A DNA stretch of 59,469 nucleotides from a virus (taxonomy: Duplodnaviria > Caudoviricetes). The position numbers and the translations under genes are program-made. Below, one piece after another: positions 55,304-59,469 of this stretch. The notes beneath the pieces were generated by a model, which was given only the letters and a program-made list of their open reading frames with translations, did not search any database and was not told the origin of the DNA. Location of the stretch: IMG/VR virus record IMGVR_UViG_3300030207_002618, positions 1 through 59,469 of that record. One strand, written 5' to 3'. Every line of letters starts with the position of its first letter. Position 1 is the stretch's first letter.

Positions 55304-55783
55304 ATGAACATCTTTGTTGTACACAATCACCCAAGAAAAGCAGCGCGAATGCTTTGCGATAAGCATGTCGTAAAGATGGCTCTTGAGTCAGCACAAATGT
55401 TGTGTACTGCAATCAACGAAAGCGGCGGTCAAGCCCCATACAAGTCCACACATAAGAACCATCCTTGCAATGTCTGGGCAAGGGAAACGCTTGGCAACTT
55501 CTTATGGCTTTATGACCACGGACTAATGCTTTGTGATGAGTACTACTCACGCTTTAAAAAGAAACACAAATGCAAAGACGTAATACTTAAATGCTTAGAG
55601 TTGCTACGTCCTGAATACGGCATTTTAATTACTGGTTACGAGCGAACCCCCCATCCTCTTTGCATGCCTGATGAATACAAAGGTGATGATGTAGTTGCTT
55701 CATACCGAGACTTTTACAACATGGAAAAGTGTGGCTTTGCAGAGTGGAAACACACCGACCCACCCGACTGGTGGGCTTGGTAA
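55304..55783 (+). CDS. Pyrimidine-dimer DNA glycosylase family protein
   Basis: Homolog of 5076-5567. Confidence 0.8.
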   Translation: MNIFVVHNHPRKAARMLCDKHVVKMALESAQMLCTAINESGGQAPYKSTHKNHPCNVWARETLGNFLWLYDHGLMLCDEYYSRFKKKHKCKDVILKCLELLRPEYGILITGYERTPHPLCMPDEYKGDDVVASYRDFYNMEKCGFAEWKHTDPPDWWAW

Positions 55784-55809
55784 GCCGGACATAATCTGAC
55801 CTTTTGTAA

Positions 55810-55893
55810 GCTTGGATGGTGGAATAGGTATACACAAGAGACTTAAAATCTCTCGGCTTTATAGCTATGTGGGTTCGACTCCCACTCCAAGCA
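55810..55893 (+). tRNA. tRNA-Leu (TAA)
   Basis: Cloverleaf; AGAGA/TCTCT and GTGGG/CCCAC stems covary with allele A copy. Confidence 0.92.
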
Positions 55894-55996
55894 CCTTACC
55901 CAACACAGAGTCAACCTTTGCAGTTTTGAAAACTCTATAATCTAGCAAGGTTAAAAGCTGCACTTTAAACAATAACCTACAAGAGAGGTACATAAA

Positions 55997-56200
55997 ATGA
56001 GAGCGTTCAAGGTGGTGGTTGAAGCCATCATTACAACAAACAGTAGAGATTCAAAGCAATCAAAGACAATAGCAGATGTGACCACATGGAGTGTCGATGA
56101 GGTCATAGAGTACTTGAATGTAAATGAAGAGTCTTGCGACATTCAAAGCTGTGTAGAGTTGTCTGCAAAAGAACCAGACAAGACATGGGAGATGACATGA
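55997..56200 (+). CDS. Hypothetical protein (allele B-specific)
   Basis: SD GAGG; ATGA overlap with next gene. Confidence 0.55.
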   Translation: MRAFKVVVEAIITTNSRDSKQSKTIADVTTWSVDEVIEYLNVNEESCDIQSCVELSAKEPDKTWEMT

Positions 56201-56403
56201 AGAGGGATGTATATGAAGACCTCGTAACTGCAAGAGCAATACTGTCTGACATTAAGTATTCCATCAAGCTTAGTAAACATGCGTGCCCAAAATGTGGACA
56301 CGAAAAGTGGGACGACTGGAAGGGATACCAAGTGCGAAGCAACCTTGATGGTGCATTGACCAGGGTTGAGAAGGCAATGGAGATTGTAAATGGAAACAAG
56401 TAA
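56197..56403 (+). CDS. Small hypothetical protein with CxxC
   Basis: Homolog of 6038-6241. Confidence 0.75.
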   Translation: MKRDVYEDLVTARAILSDIKYSIKLSKHACPKCGHEKWDDWKGYQVRSNLDGALTRVEKAMEIVNGNK

Positions 56404-56749
56404 TCTTATGCCGCCACGACCCGTCGGAGTTGTATCAGTAGGCGATGAAAACTATACGCTTTCAATCGGAAGCTACATGAATGGCAATCTCGCAGTCATG
56501 CTTCACAGTAAAGACGGTGAACCATACGCTGTTGTATCCAGAAACGTACCGTCTATACCAATAGAGGGTGACCAGTTCTTTGTTGGAATGTATGACCTGA
56601 CGCCAGGAATAATGGATGGCCTTAGTAAATGCGGTTTCTTTGAAGACACAGGAGCACGGATAAGACCGGAGGGCTCTCATGTAGAGCTTCCATTGTGGGA
56701 AGTAAAGTTCTTTCCTACTGCAAAAATGACTGAAGCTTACGAGGAGTAG
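56390..56749 (+). CDS. DUF4313-like hypothetical protein
   Basis: Homolog of 6231-6587. Confidence 0.6.
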   Translation: METSNLMPPRPVGVVSVGDENYTLSIGSYMNGNLAVMLHSKDGEPYAVVSRNVPSIPIEGDQFFVGMYDLTPGIMDGLSKCGFFEDTGARIRPEGSHVELPLWEVKFFPTAKMTEAYEE

Positions 56750-56765
56750 GCCAGCCACCAGGAGA

Positions 56766-56813
56766 TGGGGTGTTCCACTCCCTGAACGTAGTGAAGGGAG
56801 GTGGAACATCCCA
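56766..56813 (+). other. Conserved long hairpin with TGAACGTAGTGAA cap (copy 3)
   Basis: Two compensatory base-pair changes relative to 6603-6650. Confidence 0.8.
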
Positions 56814-56879
56814 CCCTCATCAACCCCAGCCGACATAGCTCGGCACAACGGACCAACTGTCCATCAACCGGAGATAAAA

Positions 56880-58688
56880 GTGGAATACACATTCACTTAC
56901 ACAAACCCATCAGGCAAAGTACAATCATTCACCAGCCACAAGTGGGAGGATGCTCGAAACAAAGCACAGTTTGCTTTCTTTGAGGATTACAAGGCAGGTA
57001 ACTGGGAAGGCAAGTCAACTGATGACGCTGTTAATGAAGTGCAGTCAGAAGAGTTGGATGCTCACGATCAGTTCATGCAAGACGTATGCAATGACGATGC
57101 TCCTACTGAGGAGGATGTCGAAGACATGGCGTCAGACTATGAGCAAACTAATGATGCAATGGATGCTGTATCAGAGGACATGAACCCTATTGACGGTGAC
57201 GTTTGTTTTCTTGACGTTGTTATAAGCAATGGGAAGGATGAGCCAGAGGAAGGCAAGACTTATGCATTGACTTCGGACGGCACCACCCCATCCATTGCTC
57301 ACGGCAATAGCTATTCTGAGTCTGTTGTTGAGGAGCCAGCCCCTACATTCCTTGGTGGCTGGGGTTCTGGTGCTAATGGCGTAAGCAACCATAGCGATAA
57401 GCGTACTGTTAACTACGGTAAGGTCAGCGAGGTTGCAGTCAGTCGCCAGGAGAACCACGATGCTTGGCTTGCAGAGATTGGGTTGTCTCGACCGACGAAG
57501 AACATCTCCATTACAAAGGCGGGATACAAGCGAGGCACTGCTGTCGTTGACCTTGGTTACGATAACCTTGCTGCTGCTCGTACTGTATGGGATGAGAAGC
57601 CAGATGTACACACTGCCGTATCACAGTTCATGAACATCATTGCAGAGGAGAAGCGGGAGAGCATTGAACTTCCATTGTCTGGTTTGCAAATGCGTGATGA
57701 TGGAACGCTGAAGACCAGCCAGGGTGACTTCCGATTGGAAGAGCATGGCCTTAAGCAATTGCTTACAGCATCACGCTTTGGTGTTGGTGACGACATGTCA
57801 TCCGGTGATTCATTGTTTCCTCGCGGCTTTCATACAATGAAGGCACTTGACCCAGATGTCAGAGCATATGTTTTCAATGAGCACATGCGGCGTCATTGCA
57901 GTCACGACAAGACAATGAAGTTCCGCACTCGGTTGAATGGTGATGGTCGCAGCATCTTCGGAGTCGTTGGTACTGGTTACAAAGAGTATGATGCAGACCA
58001 AGTTGCAAACATGATTCAGCTTGCTGTTGATGACATGCCTTATAAAGCAGAGATTCAATACAACTCGGACACAACCAACTTCACAATGGATGTGACAATG
58101 CATGCACCGGAGGACTTGACCGACTTCAGTGCAGGTGATTTGTATGAGGTTGGGTTCCGCTTCAAAGCTAATGACCGTGGTGGTGGCTCCATCAATGGTA
58201 GTGCTATTGCGTTCTGGAACGAGTGCCTGAACATGATCATCCTTCACAGTAAGAAGGCTGAGATTATGAGAGCAGTCCACACGGGCAATATGCAAGAGAA
58301 GATGGAGGCTATCCGTAAGGGTATGGCTGACGCCCGTCCTGCAATGGAACGGTTCGCTCAGGACTGGGGTATCCTTGGACAGACTGCATCGGTGTCTGCA
58401 ATCTCAATGCAAGATATGGATGACTATGGATTCGAGGGTGCCAATGGCTCTCAGATTCTAATCAAGAAGCTCGTTGCCGAAGGCAAGGTTGCATCTGGTA
58501 TTGGTCGTGATGCTGCTGTGCAAATGATGTTTGATTCATATGCAGACCAAGGTGGTGGTGACAGTGTTCAGGATGTCATCAATGCAATCACACGTATGGC
58601 TCATCAAAACTTGGTCAACGATTGTGCTCGTGACACATTGGAGAGAGAGGCTGGATTGCTTGTACCTGTACTTGCAGCACAAGCATAA
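56880..58688 (+). CDS. DUF932-like domain protein with acidic N-terminal extension
   Basis: Homolog of 6700-8493. Confidence 0.6.
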   Translation: MEYTFTYTNPSGKVQSFTSHKWEDARNKAQFAFFEDYKAGNWEGKSTDDAVNEVQSEELDAHDQFMQDVCNDDAPTEEDVEDMASDYEQTNDAMDAVSEDMNPIDGDVCFLDVVISNGKDEPEEGKTYALTSDGTTPSIAHGNSYSESVVEEPAPTFLGGWGSGANGVSNHSDKRTVNYGKVSEVAVSRQENHDAWLAEIGLSRPTKNISITKAGYKRGTAVVDLGYDNLAAARTVWDEKPDVHTAVSQFMNIIAEEKRESIELPLSGLQMRDDGTLKTSQGDFRLEEHGLKQLLTASRFGVGDDMSSGDSLFPRGFHTMKALDPDVRAYVFNEHMRRHCSHDKTMKFRTRLNGDGRSIFGVVGTGYKEYDADQVANMIQLAVDDMPYKAEIQYNSDTTNFTMDVTMHAPEDLTDFSAGDLYEVGFRFKANDRGGGSINGSAIAFWNECLNMIILHSKKAEIMRAVHTGNMQEKMEAIRKGMADARPAMERFAQDWGILGQTASVSAISMQDMDDYGFEGANGSQILIKKLVAEGKVASGIGRDAAVQMMFDSYADQGGGDSVQDVINAITRMAHQNLVNDCARDTLEREAGLLVPVLAAQA

Positions 58689-58696
58689 CAATAAAT

Positions 58697-58718
58697 GCTG
58701 CCCCCTTCGGGGGGCGGC
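58697..58718 (+). other. GC-rich cUUCGg hairpin without U-tract
   Basis: GCTGCCCCC-TTCG-GGGGGCGGC right after the stop codon. Confidence 0.55.
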
Positions 58719-58753
58719 TCATCTAATCACACCTACAAAGAGAGGTAAATACA

Positions 58754-59095
58754 ATGAAGCTACTAACTAAATGCTGTAAAGCATACGATACTTTTCATGG
58801 TGACTTGCACATATGCAGGCAATGCGGACAACCCAATCCAATAATGTTTGAGCCCGCCTATCTTGTATTAAGGGACGGCATAGAGGGATACTCTGTTAGC
58901 TATGCAATCATTGGCCTTTATAAAGATAAAGATAAGGCCGAAGCTGCAATGAAAAAGCATGAGGCATACTATCCATCGTGCTCCGAACATGGCTGGGTTG
59001 GAATGTATACCCTTGCAATGGATGAACCATTCGACAAGCAACTACAGGAAGACTTTATTTATCACATTGATGGAGGACAAAATGCAAGTAAGTAA
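58754..59095 (+). CDS. Hypothetical protein with zinc ribbon (allele B-specific)
   Basis: TKCCKA...ICRQCG; SD GAGG. Confidence 0.6.
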   Translation: MKLLTKCCKAYDTFHGDLHICRQCGQPNPIMFEPAYLVLRDGIEGYSVSYAIIGLYKDKDKAEAAMKKHEAYYPSCSEHGWVGMYTLAMDEPFDKQLQEDFIYHIDGGQNASK

Positions 59096-59405
59096 GAAGC
59101 ATAGAGATGCAATGGCGGAGATGCTATCCATGTCTACCGATAAGGATACAATCGTGCGTATTGTATTGGAAGAAACTAAAGATATGAACTTGGATTCAGA
59201 AAGGCTATCCAACTTAAACAACATATCTTTAAAAGCATGGGACCACCTTGGCTGTCGGATATGGGGGGAGTACCCGTCCAAGCTTGGGCCGCGCACACTA
59301 TCCGGTAGAGTGTGCCTATTGAAGGAGGTCGTAAGGCAGATACAGGACGGCACAATACAGCGCGTTGATACTGCAGTTTCGCTTGACCAACCTTTGTCCA
59401 AATAG
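59082..59405 (+). CDS. Hypothetical protein (WD..L...WG...RVC.LKE family)
   Basis: Homolog of 8638-9000 and 9011-9472; SD GGAGGA. Confidence 0.7.
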   Translation: MQVSKKHRDAMAEMLSMSTDKDTIVRIVLEETKDMNLDSERLSNLNNISLKAWDHLGCRIWGEYPSKLGPRTLSGRVCLLKEVVRQIQDGTIQRVDTAVSLDQPLSK

Positions 59406-59415
59406 TGGAGGACCA

Positions 59416-59469
59416 ATGCTAATTAATCTTAATAATGTTGACGAAGTTTATGAGTCTAATCGAAAAGTA
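59416..59469 (+). CDS. 5' fragment of the 9011-9472 gene
   Basis: Identical to 9011-9064. Confidence 0.8.
   Translation, partial: MLINLNNVDEVYESNRKV

Larger units (their letters stand above)
1..59469. mobile_element. Tailed dsDNA bacteriophage genome (podovirus-like), circularly permuted, early region present in two alleles
   Basis: Terminase-portal-scaffold-capsid-tail-ejection-lysis gene order; phage recombination/replication genes; no host housekeeping genes; window ends match internal positions. Confidence 0.95.
50962..59469 (+). repeat. Early/replication region, allele B (diverged direct repeat of 1-9064)
   Basis: Same gene order (SSB-like, Cas4-like, SSB, RuvC, tRNA-Asn, multi-HTH, glycosylase, tRNA-Leu, DUF4313-like, DUF932-like) with swapped cassettes. 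Confidence 0.95.

Noticed and set aside
58697-58718. Intrinsic terminator after the DUF932-like gene in allele B
   Set aside because: Strong hairpin but no U-tract; kept only as a stabilising hairpin.
50962-59469. Genuine long direct terminal repeat (T5/SPO1-type)
   Set aside because: Terminal repeats are regenerated each cycle and should be identical; these copies are diverged with swapped genes and end on a 55-bp exact overlap.

Overview
The window is an apparently complete tailed dsDNA phage genome with a podovirus-like (P22/T7-style) virion module: terminase, portal, scaffold, major capsid, cement, tail adaptor/nozzle, three large ejection-type proteins including a 2708-aa one with a JAB-like motif, tail fibre, and a lysis cassette. 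It also has a DnaB/Rad52(Sak)/SSB/Cas4-like/RuvC recombination-replication module, tRNA-Asn and tRNA-Leu genes. I see no integrase, DNA polymerase, primase or RNA polymerase. The early region occurs twice as diverged, mosaic alleles: A = 1-9064 and B = 50962-59469. The window starts with a 66-bp exact match to 50962-51027 and ends with a 55-bp exact match to 9010-9064. This is best explained as an assembly walking both arms of a strain bubble in a circular ~50.4-51.0 kb genome. Comparing the alleles exposes covarying non-coding structures: a thrice-repeated long hairpin with an invariant TGAACGWAGTGAA cap, and a conserved structured RNA right behind tRNA-Asn. It also shows a five-unit HTH protein whose recognition helices differ between alleles. 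All product calls come from motif recognition by eye; no database searches were run.
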